Source: Bacteroidota bacterium
GTDB taxonomy: Bacteria; Bacteroidota; Rhodothermia; Rhodothermales; Bin80
Reading direction: 5' to 3'
DNA length: 64,000 nucleotides
Assembly: GCA_028873925.1 (NCBI GenBank)
Contig: JAPPNA010000026.1
Location: 3,378 to 67,377 of the forward strand
Shown here: piece after piece, positions 46,273 to 56,243 of the stretch
Numbering within the stretch: the stretch's first letter is position 1
How the letters are laid out: each line of letters opens with the position of its first letter
Program-made: the position numbers and the translations under genes
Notes under the pieces: generated by a model
Seen by the model: only the letters and a program-made list of their open reading frames with translations
Databases searched by the model: none
What the model was told of the DNA's origin: nothing

Positions 46273-48657
46273 ATGCTTTCGCCGGATGGCCAGTGCAAGA
46301 CATTCGATGCTTCTGCAAACGGGTACGTGCGGGGAGAAGGCTGCGGGGTTGTCATCTTGAAGCGGTTCAGTGAAGCGGAGTCGGATGGCGATCGAATCCG
46401 GGGCGTTATTCGTGGCTCTGCGGTCAATCACGGAGGCGCAAGTACCGGACTGACGGTTCCGCATACCCCCGCGCTGGAAAAAGTGATTGAAACCGCACTC
46501 GCACATGCGGGCATTAACGCGTCTGAGGTGGACTATCTGGAAGCACACGGAACAGGTACCGGCGTAGACGATCCGATTGAGCTCAATGCCGTGGGATCTG
46601 TCTACGGTAAGGGACGCAGCGGGGAAGATCCGTTGCTGGTGGGCTCGGTAAAGACCAATATCGGCCATCTGGAATCGGCGGCCGGCATAGCCGGGCTGAT
46701 TAAGGCTGTGCTGGTCATGCAGCGCGGAGTTATTCCCAGGCACCTGCATTTTGAGTCCCCCACCCCGGCTGTCGACTGGAGTGACCTGCCGCTGCGCGTA
46801 ACCTCATCCATGATGGACCTGCCGCCGCGCGCGGGAAGACCGCGGGTGGCCGGGGTGAATTCGTTCGGAATTTCCGGCACCAATGCTCACCTGGTCGTGG
46901 AGGAGTACTGCGGCATGTCCAACACGCGCGTGAAGGGGGCACCTCAGCGCGTAGCCATTCATCTGCCGGAGTCCCTGGGAACACCTGCTGACACAAAACG
47001 ACCGGTCCGTCCGCGCGGAGCACGGATCCTACCGCTGTCCGGCAAATCTTCAGCGGCCGTGCGGGACCTGGCCGCGCGTTATCTGCTGTGGATGGACGAA
47101 CATGCGGAAGAAATTGCGACGGATGGCTCTGGCGCATTCCTTGCAGACATGGCCTGGACCGCAGGGGTCGGTAGAAGTCACTTTGCATATCGCTCAGCCA
47201 TCGTCTTCAACGACGCGGCATCACTGCAAAGCCAGCTTCAGCCGCTGGCTGAATCAGGCGGCAGCCCTAAATCACTGGTTGCGCCAAAAGTGGCGTTCGC
47301 CTCTACAGGGCAGGGGAGCCAATGGGCCGGTATAGGACAGGTACTTTACGAGCGCGAACCGGTAGCAAGGGCGGTCCTGGATCGGTGCGAGGAGGTGTTT
47401 CAAGCCGAGAGAAACACGTCACTGCTGGATGCCATGTTCGGACGCAGCCAGGCTGATCTGAGCGATACTGCATGGGAGCAGCCGGCGCTCTACGCGCTAG
47501 AGTGCGCGCTGACAGCGCTTTGGGCAGGATTCGGCATTCGCCCGCCTGTCGTAGTGGGGCACAGCGTCGGCGAACTGGCCGCTGCACAGGCCGCAGGCGT
47601 GTTCAGCCTTGAGGACGGGATGCGGTTTGCCTGCGTGCGCGGCATGCTGCTGTCGGCTACCGACCCCGGTGCTATGGCGGCGGTTTTTGCATCGCCGGCG
47701 CGGGTAGCCGCCATGGTTAATACCGTGAACGCGTCTACGGATGGCGTAGGGTTAAGCATTTCGGCGGACAACGGCACCCATCAGGTGGTTAGCGGTCCGA
47801 TAAGGGTAGTCGAAAGCATCCAGGAGCGCTTTGAATCAGAAGGTACCCGGGTCAGGCGGCTCAATACGGCCCGGGCATTCCACAGTGCTATGGTGGAACC
47901 GGCGCTGGAGTCACTGGAGGCATCCCTCGAAGGCGTGGTTATCAATTCGCCCCAGGTGACGGTAGTCAGCAATCTGACAGGACGGGCATTGGAGCGCGAC
48001 CAGCTGCTGGATGGTGCCTATTGGCGGCAGCACGCGCGCAACGCGGTCGCGTTTGCTTCCGGTGTCAGGACCATGGCGGACCTTGGCGTGGATGTTGTGC
48101 TGGAAATCGGCCCGCGTCCGGTGCTCACCAATATGGTGGCGCTCGCCTGGCCGGAATCCTCGCAGCCACCGGCCATGATTCCGGGTCTGCATGTGCCGTC
48201 TGACGAAGGGAAAGAAAGCGGTGCCGACTTTATGCAGGCGGTCGCCCAGGTTCATTCCGCGGGGTTGCCCCTTTGCTTTGAAGCACTCTTTGCCGGAGAG
48301 ACACGCCGCCGGATTGCACTGCTCGGCTATCCATTCCAGCGTGAACGCTACTGGATTGATGCCGCAAAGCGGCATCGGCCTGTTTCGGGTCATCCGCTGC
48401 TGGGACTGAGGCACGCGTCCGCCAGCGGAGAAATCACATTTGAGACGGAGGTGTTTCCAACGGATCCGGTCTGGCTGAGTGATCACCGGGTGTACGGCCG
48501 CGTGATTGTTCCCGGCGCGATGTACGGCGCTATGGCCGCGCTGGCGTGTCTGAACGAAGAAAGCGGATCGGTGGTCGTAAGCGATGTGCAGCTTCATAAT
48601 GCACTGATATTCGCCGAAGACCATTCCGATGACGATGCCATTGAATCCGGCCGCTAA
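46273..48657 (+). CDS. PKS fragment 3: KS1 C-terminus, AT1, DH N-terminus
   Basis: MLSPDGQCKTFD, EAHGTGT, NIGHLE; AT GHSVGE (47556-47573) and RAFHS; DH HRVYGRVIVP. Confidence 0.85.
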   Translation: MLSPDGQCKTFDASANGYVRGEGCGVVILKRFSEAESDGDRIRGVIRGSAVNHGGASTGLTVPHTPALEKVIETALAHAGINASEVDYLEAHGTGTGVDDPIELNAVGSVYGKGRSGEDPLLVGSVKTNIGHLESAAGIAGLIKAVLVMQRGVIPRHLHFESPTPAVDWSDLPLRVTSSMMDLPPRAGRPRVAGVNSFGISGTNAHLVVEEYCGMSNTRVKGAPQRVAIHLPESLGTPADTKRPVRPRGARILPLSGKSSAAVRDLAARYLLWMDEHAEEIATDGSGAFLADMAWTAGVGRSHFAYRSAIVFNDAASLQSQLQPLAESGGSPKSLVAPKVAFASTGQGSQWAGIGQVLYEREPVARAVLDRCEEVFQAERNTSLLDAMFGRSQADLSDTAWEQPALYALECALTALWAGFGIRPPVVVGHSVGELAAAQAAGVFSLEDGMRFACVRGMLLSATDPGAMAAVFASPARVAAMVNTVNASTDGVGLSISADNGTHQVVSGPIRVVESIQERFESEGTRVRRLNTARAFHSAMVEPALESLEASLEGVVINSPQVTVVSNLTGRALERDQLLDGAYWRQHARNAVAFASGVRTMADLGVDVVLEIGPRPVLTNMVALAWPESSQPPAMIPGLHVPSDEGKESGADFMQAVAQVHSAGLPLCFEALFAGETRRRIALLGYPFQRERYWIDAAKRHRPVSGHPLLGLRHASASGEITFETEVFPTDPVWLSDHRVYGRVIVPGAMYGAMAALACLNEESGSVVVSDVQLHNALIFAEDHSDDDAIESGR

Positions 48658-51600
48658 GGTACAGGTGGTCATTGAGCCTTCCGAAGCCTCAACATCGCGG
48701 CGAATTCAGATTTTCAGCCGAGGCACTGAGGATGGCTGGACACTGCATGTGGAGGGGCACCTGGCCCCGGACACCCGGCTGCCGAAAGGCGGCGGACGTA
48801 CAGACCTGGAGGGCCTGAAGGCTGGCCTGACACCGGTGGAGCCCTCATCCTATTATCGGGCCCGGCTGGATACGGGGATTGATCTGGGTCCGTCCTTTCG
48901 GACGCTGAAGGGGCTATGGTCCAAGCCGGGCGAGGCGCTCGGCGAGGTAACCTTCCCGGAAACGCTCGGGCGCAATGATCTGCATATTCATCCGCTTCTG
49001 TTGGATGGATGTTTTCAGGTGGTGGCCGCCGCGCGCAATCCCGGAGGCGTGGAAGGCGAGGTCACCTATCTGCCGTTCGGCTGGGAAAGACTCTGGCTGC
49101 AGGGTCGGCTCCCGGAGCGTGTGTTCTGCCATGTACGGATGAATGAGGTACCCGCGGAGGCACGCAGTAATGCCGACGAGGTCCCCGAGGTAATGAGCGG
49201 CGAACTGCGCATCTATGATACCCACGGCGTACCGCTCGGGGGCCTGTCGGGGTACTTGGTCAAGCGTGCGACGCAGACCGCGCTGCTTTCCGAAGCGGAG
49301 GGGATTGCGGACCTGCTCTATGAGATCGTCTGGCGCGAGAGCTCCCTGGCTCGCGCGATGCTGCCCGCGGATTTTCTTCCTGTCCCAGCGATGGTGGCGG
49401 CCCGATCCGGGCTGCTCTCTGCGTATTTGGCCGAAGAAGGAGTTGAACCCGAACAGAGAACAGCCCTGCTGACCGACCTGGAGCGGTGGTCGCGCTCCCG
49501 CGCACTGCTGACCTTGGATGAGTTGGGATGGGAGCGCAGGCAGGGCGACGCAGTCGTTGCTGAAGAGTTGCGCAAGTGGCTTGGAGTCATCGCAGATCAT
49601 GAGCGCCTTTTTCGCAGGATGCTGGAAATGCTGGCTAAGTCCGGCGTGTTGGCGGAAAGAAACGGCGCGTTTGAAGTGAAGATTGCTTCCAGAGATGCCC
49701 TGCCGGACGCGATGCCGACAGACCTTGAGGCCTTTGCCGACCGGATGGCCCGGCGGTATCCCCACGGCAGGACGGAAATCGGGTTGTTTCGGCGTTGCGG
49801 CAGTGCCTTGGCCCGCGTACTGCGCGGACAGGCCGATCCGCTGACACTTCTGTTCAGCAGCGGAGATCCGACCCCCGGAGATCTGTACCTGAAGGCACCG
49901 GTAGCCCGTGCGGCCAACCGCATTCTGAAGGAAACCGTCCGAACGCTGGTGGCCGACCTGCCGGCGGATCGGGATCTCAGGATCATTGAGGTGGGGGCCG
50001 GTACCGGCTCAGCCACCGCGGCCATCCTTCCCGAACTTCCGAAGGGGCGGTTCAGCTACATGTACACCGACATTTCGGCGGGCTTCTTTGCGGAAGCGGA
50101 GGCGCGATTCGGCGAAAATGGATCGTCAGTTGAGTATCGGCCGCTGGATATTGAGAAGGATCCGGTCGCCCAGGGCTTTGAAGCGCACAGCTATGACTTG
50201 CTGATTGCCTCCAATGTGCTGCATGCCACCCGGTATCTGCAGGAGACGCTCCGGCACTGCCGGGAACTGCTGACACCGTATGGTGAGCTGGTAGCCCTTG
50301 AAAATCTGAGCGGTCAGGGGTGGATGGACCTGACATTCGGGCAGTTGGACGGGTGGTGGCGTTTCGCTGATGACTACCGTCCGCACCACGCGCTGGCCGG
50401 TCCGGCCGTGTGGCGCAGGGCTCTCGGCGATGCCGGATTTGGCGAGGTGGCGATTCTCGGCGTGGAAGAGTCGGATACGTCCATAAGGCCGGATAAGGGG
50501 GTGATCGTGGTTGAGGGCCCGAAAAAGGTGGCGGAAAGCCCGGGCAGTTGGATCCTGTCCACCGACCAGGGGGGCGTGGCCGCAGAATTGGCGACAGATT
50601 TGGTCCGTCGCAACCAGACCGTGATCCTGGAGGGTGACCGGGATGCACAGGCTCCCGACCCGAACGGAATTATCCGAAGAAATTCGGCCATGGATCGGCG
50701 GGAGTCCTGGGAGGCATTGCTGGACGCGTTGCCTCAGGATGTGCCGTTAAGTGGCATCGTCCATCTCGCCGCGCTGGATGGCCACGGCCCGCATGGGTCA
50801 ACCGCGGCCATGGCTCGGGATACACGGCGTGTGGTGGAGAGTGCGCTGTCGCTGACCCAGGCGGTTGCGGATGCTGATCGGGTGCCGACCAGGAGCATGT
50901 GGTTTGTTACGCGGGGTGCACAGGTGCTGGAAAAAGAGCGTGCCGGTCAGTTGGCCGGAGCGACGCTATGGGGATTTGGGAAAGCCATCGATCGGGAGCT
51001 TGCGCATCTGCAGCCGCGCATGATAGATTTGGATCCCGGCGGGTTGGCAGCCGCCCCCGACCTTGTCCTGGAACTGCTCAATCCTGATCACGAAAACCAC
51101 ATCGCCTATCGGTCAGGTCGTCGGCAGGTTGCCCGTCTGGTACGGGCGGGTGCCGGGGCCGAGCGCGTAACCCTGCCGGACGAGGCGGCATGGGTGTTGG
51201 CTCCAGACCCGGACGGGATCATTGAAAAACCTCCGGTAAAGTCGCTGCCTCCCGGATTCCTGGAGCCGAAAGAGGTACGGGTTGCCGTGGAGGCCGCCGG
51301 TCTCAATTTCTGGGATGTTTTTCGCTCCCTGGGGTTCATTCGGGAGGGCAATCTCGGCAGGGAAATGTGCGGCATCGTGTTGGATGTCGGATCGGAGGTC
51401 TCATCCGTGTCGGTCGGAGATCATGTGGTCGGGCTGGGATTCGGCGCGTTTGCCGCGGAAATGGTCACCCATGAGGAGCTGGTGGCACCCGCGCCTGCGG
51501 GTATGTCCGTGTCGGAGCTCGCCACGGTACCGAGCGCCTTTGTGTCGGCCGCATTGTCGTATGAACTCTCGGGTCTCAATGCCGGCGATCGGGTACTGAT

Positions 51601-52513
51601 TCACGCCGGTGCGGGGGGCGTGGGACTTGCGGCCATTCTACTGGCTCAGGCCGCGGGGGCGGAGGTGTTTGCGACAGCGAGTGCGCCGAAGCAGGGATAC
51701 CTGCATTCACTGGGGGTCAGGCATGTATTCAACAGCCGCGAGACGGCGTTTGGGGAGGAGATTCTACAGGTCACCGGGGGTGGCGGAATCAATGTCGTCC
51801 TCAACAGTCTTACCAGCGAGGGATTCATTGATGCCAGTCTGTCCTGTCTCGCCCAAGGGGGAAGGTTCGTCGAACTGGCACGCCGGGATATCCTCAGCGA
51901 GGAGGAAATGGCTGCGTTGCGCCCCGATGTGAAGTACGACATTCTGGAGCTGGATGTGCTCAAGAAAACTGACCCGGAATGGGTCGGCCGGGTACTTCGG
52001 GAGGTGCTCAGGCAGTTTTCGGAAGGTGTGCTCCAGCCGATCACACACAGCCGGTGGTCGCTTTCCGAAGCGGGTGCTGCGCTGCGTTTTATGCGATCCG
52101 CCCGCCACCTTAGCAAGATCGTTGTGACCGCATCACCGCTTGCCAGAGGTGAGTTGCGGGCGGACCGTTCATATCTGGTTACCGGCGGACTCGGAGGTAT
52201 CGGATGCGCGGTCGCCGTGTGGCTGGCCGACCATGGCGCGCAATCGATAGTACTGAACGGGCGCAGGCCGCCGGACCCGGAGGCACAGGCCGTCATTGAT
52301 GCGCTTGAAGCGCGGGGCGTAACGGTACAGGTGGCGCTGGCGGATGTGACCGACACCGCCGCAGTGAACAGTATGCTGGCCTTTATAGATGAGGAGCTGC
52401 CTCCCCTTGGCGGAGTGATCCACAGCGTGGGGGTATTGTCAGACGGAGCGCTCGGCAATCAGAGCTGGCAGCGTTTTGAGCGGGTATTATGGCCTAAAGT
52501 AGTCGGGGCCTAG
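48629..52513 (+). CDS. PKS fragment 4: DH C-terminus, C-methyltransferase, ER, KR N-terminus
   Basis: IIEVGAGTGS; ER LIHAGAGGVGLAA; KR YLVTGGLGGIG. It ends WPKVVGA*. Confidence 0.85.
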   Translation: MTMPLNPAAKVQVVIEPSEASTSRRIQIFSRGTEDGWTLHVEGHLAPDTRLPKGGGRTDLEGLKAGLTPVEPSSYYRARLDTGIDLGPSFRTLKGLWSKPGEALGEVTFPETLGRNDLHIHPLLLDGCFQVVAAARNPGGVEGEVTYLPFGWERLWLQGRLPERVFCHVRMNEVPAEARSNADEVPEVMSGELRIYDTHGVPLGGLSGYLVKRATQTALLSEAEGIADLLYEIVWRESSLARAMLPADFLPVPAMVAARSGLLSAYLAEEGVEPEQRTALLTDLERWSRSRALLTLDELGWERRQGDAVVAEELRKWLGVIADHERLFRRMLEMLAKSGVLAERNGAFEVKIASRDALPDAMPTDLEAFADRMARRYPHGRTEIGLFRRCGSALARVLRGQADPLTLLFSSGDPTPGDLYLKAPVARAANRILKETVRTLVADLPADRDLRIIEVGAGTGSATAAILPELPKGRFSYMYTDISAGFFAEAEARFGENGSSVEYRPLDIEKDPVAQGFEAHSYDLLIASNVLHATRYLQETLRHCRELLTPYGELVALENLSGQGWMDLTFGQLDGWWRFADDYRPHHALAGPAVWRRALGDAGFGEVAILGVEESDTSIRPDKGVIVVEGPKKVAESPGSWILSTDQGGVAAELATDLVRRNQTVILEGDRDAQAPDPNGIIRRNSAMDRRESWEALLDALPQDVPLSGIVHLAALDGHGPHGSTAAMARDTRRVVESALSLTQAVADADRVPTRSMWFVTRGAQVLEKERAGQLAGATLWGFGKAIDRELAHLQPRMIDLDPGGLAAAPDLVLELLNPDHENHIAYRSGRRQVARLVRAGAGAERVTLPDEAAWVLAPDPDGIIEKPPVKSLPPGFLEPKEVRVAVEAAGLNFWDVFRSLGFIREGNLGREMCGIVLDVGSEVSSVSVGDHVVGLGFGAFAAEMVTHEELVAPAPAGMSVSELATVPSAFVSAALSYELSGLNAGDRVLIHAGAGGVGLAAILLAQAAGAEVFATASAPKQGYLHSLGVRHVFNSRETAFGEEILQVTGGGGINVVLNSLTSEGFIDASLSCLAQGGRFVELARRDILSEEEMAALRPDVKYDILELDVLKKTDPEWVGRVLREVLRQFSEGVLQPITHSRWSLSEAGAALRFMRSARHLSKIVVTASPLARGELRADRSYLVTGGLGGIGCAVAVWLADHGAQSIVLNGRRPPDPEAQAVIDALEARGVTVQVALADVTDTAAVNSMLAFIDEELPPLGGVIHSVGVLSDGALGNQSWQRFERVLWPKVVGA

Positions 52514-52516
52514 CAT

Positions 52517-55500
52517 TTGCACCTTGCTACCCGGGACATGGATCTGGACCTCTTCATTCTCTTTTCCAGCCGCGTCGGGGTGATGGGAAATCCGGGCCAG
52601 GCGAACCATGCGGCCGCCAATGCCTTCCTGGATCAGTTGGCTGCGCACCGACGGACCATCGGACTGCCGGGCCAGACCATTGCCTGGGGAGCCTGGTCGG
52701 ACATCGGCGGGGCTGCTGAGCAGAAGGAAAGGATTGAACGGCGGCGGGCGGCGCTGGGGGGGCGGTGGTTTACCCCTCAGCAGGGGATCCGTGCGCTGGA
52801 CCGACTGGTACGCCAGGATGTGGTGCATGCGGTCGTGATGTCCATGGACTGGGCCGTATTCCAGGAAGCCGTTGAGGAGAGACCGGCTTTGCTGGAGGAT
52901 TTGTTCTCCGTCACGGCTGATCCCGCGGACGATACACCTGCGCTGGCCGAAGATCTGATCCACCGGCTGCGGCAGACACCCGCAGTGGAACGCGAAAACC
53001 TGCTCGTAGCCTTCCTCCAGCAAAAACTGCAGGCGGTGCTTCGCCTGCCCAACGAGCCCTCTCCGACCGTGGGATTCTTTGATTTGGGGATGGACTCGCT
53101 GATGGCCGTTGAGCTGCGGAATCGGTTGAATCGCGCCTTCGCCGATGAGTATGTGGCCTCCAATACGGTCGTGTTTGACTACCCGGACATAGCCGCGTTG
53201 GCCGGACATTTGACCGAGGAACTGGGAGAGCTTGGGGCTGCTTTTGCCATTACTCCTCCCCCTCAGCCGCAGATTATCACCGAAGAGCGGAGGTCTGCGC
53301 GGGGTGAGGACGACCATATCGCGGTCGTAGGCATGGCGTGCCGTTTCCCGGGTGCACCCGATCTGAGGGCATACTGGGATCTGCTTATGTCTGGCGGCAG
53401 TGCGGTGACGGAGGGCCGGCAGGATACCGGTCCGTGGAGCGGGGTAGTGGGTGATCCTGCGGCGGAGGATGATATTCTGAGACGCGGCGGGTTCATTGAA
53501 GGACTCGGCCAGTTTGATGCGGACTTTTTCGGCATTCGGCCGATTGAGCCGCGCGTGATGGACCCCCGGCATCGGATGCTGTTGGAGACATGCTGGCATT
53601 CGCTGGAGGATGCCGGAATTGACCCCGATTCATTGCAGTCCACTCAAGCCGGGGTGTACATCGGCCTTGGAAGCAGCGAGTACCGTGACCTGGTCGCTGC
53701 AATCGATCAGGATTACAACTTGTTGGGCACTTCAGGGAGCATAGCTATCGGGCGTGTCGCTTTCGCGTTGGGTCTGATGGGGCCCGCAATGGCGATGGAC
53801 ATGACCTGTGCGTCTTCGCTGGTTGCTATTCATCAGGCCGTTACCAGCCTCCACAATGGAGAGGTGACCCTGGCCCTGGCGGGGGGTGTACATTCGGTTC
53901 TTTCTCCCGCCATAACTCGATTCATGGCGGAGTATGGCATGCTGTCGGCGGGCGGATTGTGCCGGACGTTTGACGCGGGTGCCGACGGATTCGTTCGGGG
54001 CGAAGGGTGCGGGGTCATTGTTCTCAAGCGCCTTTGTGATGCCGAGGCTGACGCAGATCGTATCTGGGGCGTTATTCGGGGGTCTGCCGTGAATCAGAAC
54101 GGGGCGAGCGCCGCGCTTACGGTACCCAACGGGAAGGCACAGGAGCAGGTGCTGGAAGAGGCCCTGTTGCGGGCGGGCGTTCCGCCAGCGGAGGTGGATT
54201 TTCTTGAGGTGCATGCTACCGGGTCCCAGTTGGGAAATCCCATTGAAGTCCACGCTCCGGCTTCCGCGTATGGCAAGGATCGCCAAGCCGAGCGGCCTCT
54301 GCTGCTGGGGACCGCAAAGACGAATATCGGCCATCTGGAAGCGGCTGCCGGGATTGCCGGCATCATCAAAACCCTGCTGGCCATGAAGCGGGGTATGATC
54401 CCCAAACACCTGCATTTTGAGCGTCCAAACCCGCATATGGACTGGCACCGACTGCCGGTTGAGGTTACTTCGGAGGCCATGGACTGGCCGCTGACCACTG
54501 AACGCCCGCCGCAGGCGGGCGTGAGCGCATTCGCACTCTCCGGGACCAATGCGCATGTCGTGGTGGAAGGATACGGCCCAACGGAGGGGTCTGGAGATGG
54601 GAACGCTGCATTCCCGGTTCCGTTGGGACCTGCAAGGCGTGTTGTCCCGAGGGTGCCCGCACCCGTGCCGGAGCCGATGGATACCGTCCCCGGGCGCGAG
54701 GTGAGATTGCTGCCGCTGTCCAGAAAATCCCCCAGTGCCCTGCGAGACCTGGCGAAAGGATATCTCTCCTGGCTTGATGGCCAACTCTCCGGGCCGCCTG
54801 CGGCGGATGCCGGTCCGCTGCTTTCGGACATGGCGTGGACCGCGGGCGTAGGCAGGAGTCATTTTGCTCATCGCAAAGGCATAGTGTTCGACAGTGCGGC
54901 TTCATTGCGCAAGGGGCTGATGACGATTACCGAGTTAAATGGCATCCCACCGGCAACGCCGCCCAAACTGGCTATGGTGCTGGGTGGAGAAGTGGATCAG
55001 TGGAATGGAATCGGGGCCGAATTGTACGAGCGTGAATCGGTAGTGCGGGCGGTGCTGGATCGCTGTGACCAGGTGCTTCAAGGCGAGCGCGATGGCTCTC
55101 TGTTGGAGCTGATATTGGGATCATCCGGAGACCCTGCGTTGATGCATCCGGCCATCTGTGCGCTGGAGTGTGCCCTGGTTGCGCTTTGGGGCAGTGTCGG
55201 GCTCCGGCCCAACATAGTACTTGGAATCGGATCTGGAGAAGTGGCGGCGGCCCATGCAGCCGGTATTTTCACGCTGGAGGAGGGCTTGGTCTTTGCGGCG
55301 CGACGCGGCGCGTTGATCGGCAGACATGCCGACCTGACGCTCTCCGATCTTGAGCAGGCGCTGTCGGATGCTGCCTGTACCCGCCCGGTGATCCCGCTGA
55401 TCTGTGGGTCCAGCGGACACCTGGCTGACGCGACGCTGGATGCGTCCTACTGGCACCGGAAAGTGCGTGCGCCGGGAAATATTGACCGATGCGTAGCAAT

Positions 55501-55828
55501 GCTTGCCGACGCAGGTGTCGGGGTCATAATTGAAGCCGGTCCGGGGCGTGTGGTGGGACCGAAGATCATTGGGGCTTGGCCAGGCGCGAATGTCGGGGCA
55601 GGGCAACCGGCACCTGGCGCACCGGCACCCGCAGTGCTGGCCAGCCACCGAGTGCCATCCGATGAAGAGGCACTTGGTGGATGGGTCTTTGCAGAGGCGG
55701 TAGCCCGGGCCAATGAAGCGGGATTTCCTGTGGACTTTGCAGGGCTGTTCGCCGGCGAAAACAGGTGCCGCATATCCATTCCCGCCTATCCGTTCCAGCG
55801 TCGGCATTACTGGTTCAGGGAGTCGTAG
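52517..55828 (+). CDS. PKS fragment 5: KR C-terminus, ACP, KS2, AT2 (degenerate)
   Basis: FILFSSRVGVMGNPGQANHAAAN; ACP LGMDSL (Ser codon 53096-53098); KS2 DMTCASSL, VHATGS, NIGHLE; AT2 GIGSGE (55223-55240) instead of GHSxGE. Confidence 0.85.
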   Translation: MHLATRDMDLDLFILFSSRVGVMGNPGQANHAAANAFLDQLAAHRRTIGLPGQTIAWGAWSDIGGAAEQKERIERRRAALGGRWFTPQQGIRALDRLVRQDVVHAVVMSMDWAVFQEAVEERPALLEDLFSVTADPADDTPALAEDLIHRLRQTPAVERENLLVAFLQQKLQAVLRLPNEPSPTVGFFDLGMDSLMAVELRNRLNRAFADEYVASNTVVFDYPDIAALAGHLTEELGELGAAFAITPPPQPQIITEERRSARGEDDHIAVVGMACRFPGAPDLRAYWDLLMSGGSAVTEGRQDTGPWSGVVGDPAAEDDILRRGGFIEGLGQFDADFFGIRPIEPRVMDPRHRMLLETCWHSLEDAGIDPDSLQSTQAGVYIGLGSSEYRDLVAAIDQDYNLLGTSGSIAIGRVAFALGLMGPAMAMDMTCASSLVAIHQAVTSLHNGEVTLALAGGVHSVLSPAITRFMAEYGMLSAGGLCRTFDAGADGFVRGEGCGVIVLKRLCDAEADADRIWGVIRGSAVNQNGASAALTVPNGKAQEQVLEEALLRAGVPPAEVDFLEVHATGSQLGNPIEVHAPASAYGKDRQAERPLLLGTAKTNIGHLEAAAGIAGIIKTLLAMKRGMIPKHLHFERPNPHMDWHRLPVEVTSEAMDWPLTTERPPQAGVSAFALSGTNAHVVVEGYGPTEGSGDGNAAFPVPLGPARRVVPRVPAPVPEPMDTVPGREVRLLPLSRKSPSALRDLAKGYLSWLDGQLSGPPAADAGPLLSDMAWTAGVGRSHFAHRKGIVFDSAASLRKGLMTITELNGIPPATPPKLAMVLGGEVDQWNGIGAELYERESVVRAVLDRCDQVLQGERDGSLLELILGSSGDPALMHPAICALECALVALWGSVGLRPNIVLGIGSGEVAAAHAAGIFTLEEGLVFAARRGALIGRHADLTLSDLEQALSDAACTRPVIPLICGSSGHLADATLDASYWHRKVRAPGNIDRCVAMLADAGVGVIIEAGPGRVVGPKIIGAWPGANVGAGQPAPGAPAPAVLASHRVPSDEEALGGWVFAEAVARANEAGFPVDFAGLFAGENRCRISIPAYPFQRRHYWFRES

Positions 55829-56243
55829 AAGCGGATGAGCATGGCAGATTGATTTTCCTGCCGGTGTCATTGCAGTGGGCCATGCGATTCGATTTGATCT
55901 GCTGTTTATCTTGGACGATCTGCGCCGATGCCAATGGAATTACGGAGCGCAGCCATGGGGCTGTCCCGGTGTCTGGAGGGGCAATCGGGGTTGACCGGAA
56001 ATTGATTCAGCGCCTCCTGCCGACCGATCGCGGCAGTGGCGATCAGGTTCTGAATTGAGTGAAGCCTGCGGCACATTCACCTGTGAAGCGCCAGCATGAT
56101 CGCGGTTGGGGCCAAGTACAGGCTCGCCGGGCGAGGCTGGGTATTCAGATTGGTGATCCCCACCTTTGGGGGGTATAGTCGCCCATGGAATTGCGGGAGG
56201 CCCTGATTCGGAACGGAGCCATGATTCAGTACGCAGGGGAATT

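Larger units (their letters stand above)
45603..55828 (+). pseudogene. One ~10.2 kb type I polyketide synthase reading frame, KS-AT-DH-cMT-ER-KR-ACP-KS-AT(degenerate), split into 5 ORFs
   Basis: Domain motifs run continuously across a frameshift within 45772-45806, TAG at 46225-46227, a frameshift within 48629-48657 and TAG at 52511-52513. Confidence 0.85.

Noticed and set aside
20997-52513. Stop-codon reassignment or programmed readthrough as the explanation for the in-frame TAA, TAG and TGA codons.
   Set aside because: All three stop codons occur in-frame in broken genes. All three also terminate obviously complete genes in the same window: TAA at msrB and the short S46 gene, TGA at glyA and korA, TAG at tatC. 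The same genes also carry frameshifts, so no consistent recoding rule fits.
9458-55828. Treating all frameshifts as long-read or homopolymer sequencing artefacts and silently repairing them.
   Set aside because: Six lesions are base substitutions that create stop codons. The indels are not randomly distributed: none falls in ~38 kb of core genes. Only the carrier-protein shift lies in an obvious homopolymer. Artefact cannot be excluded without reads, so the lesions are reported rather than repaired.
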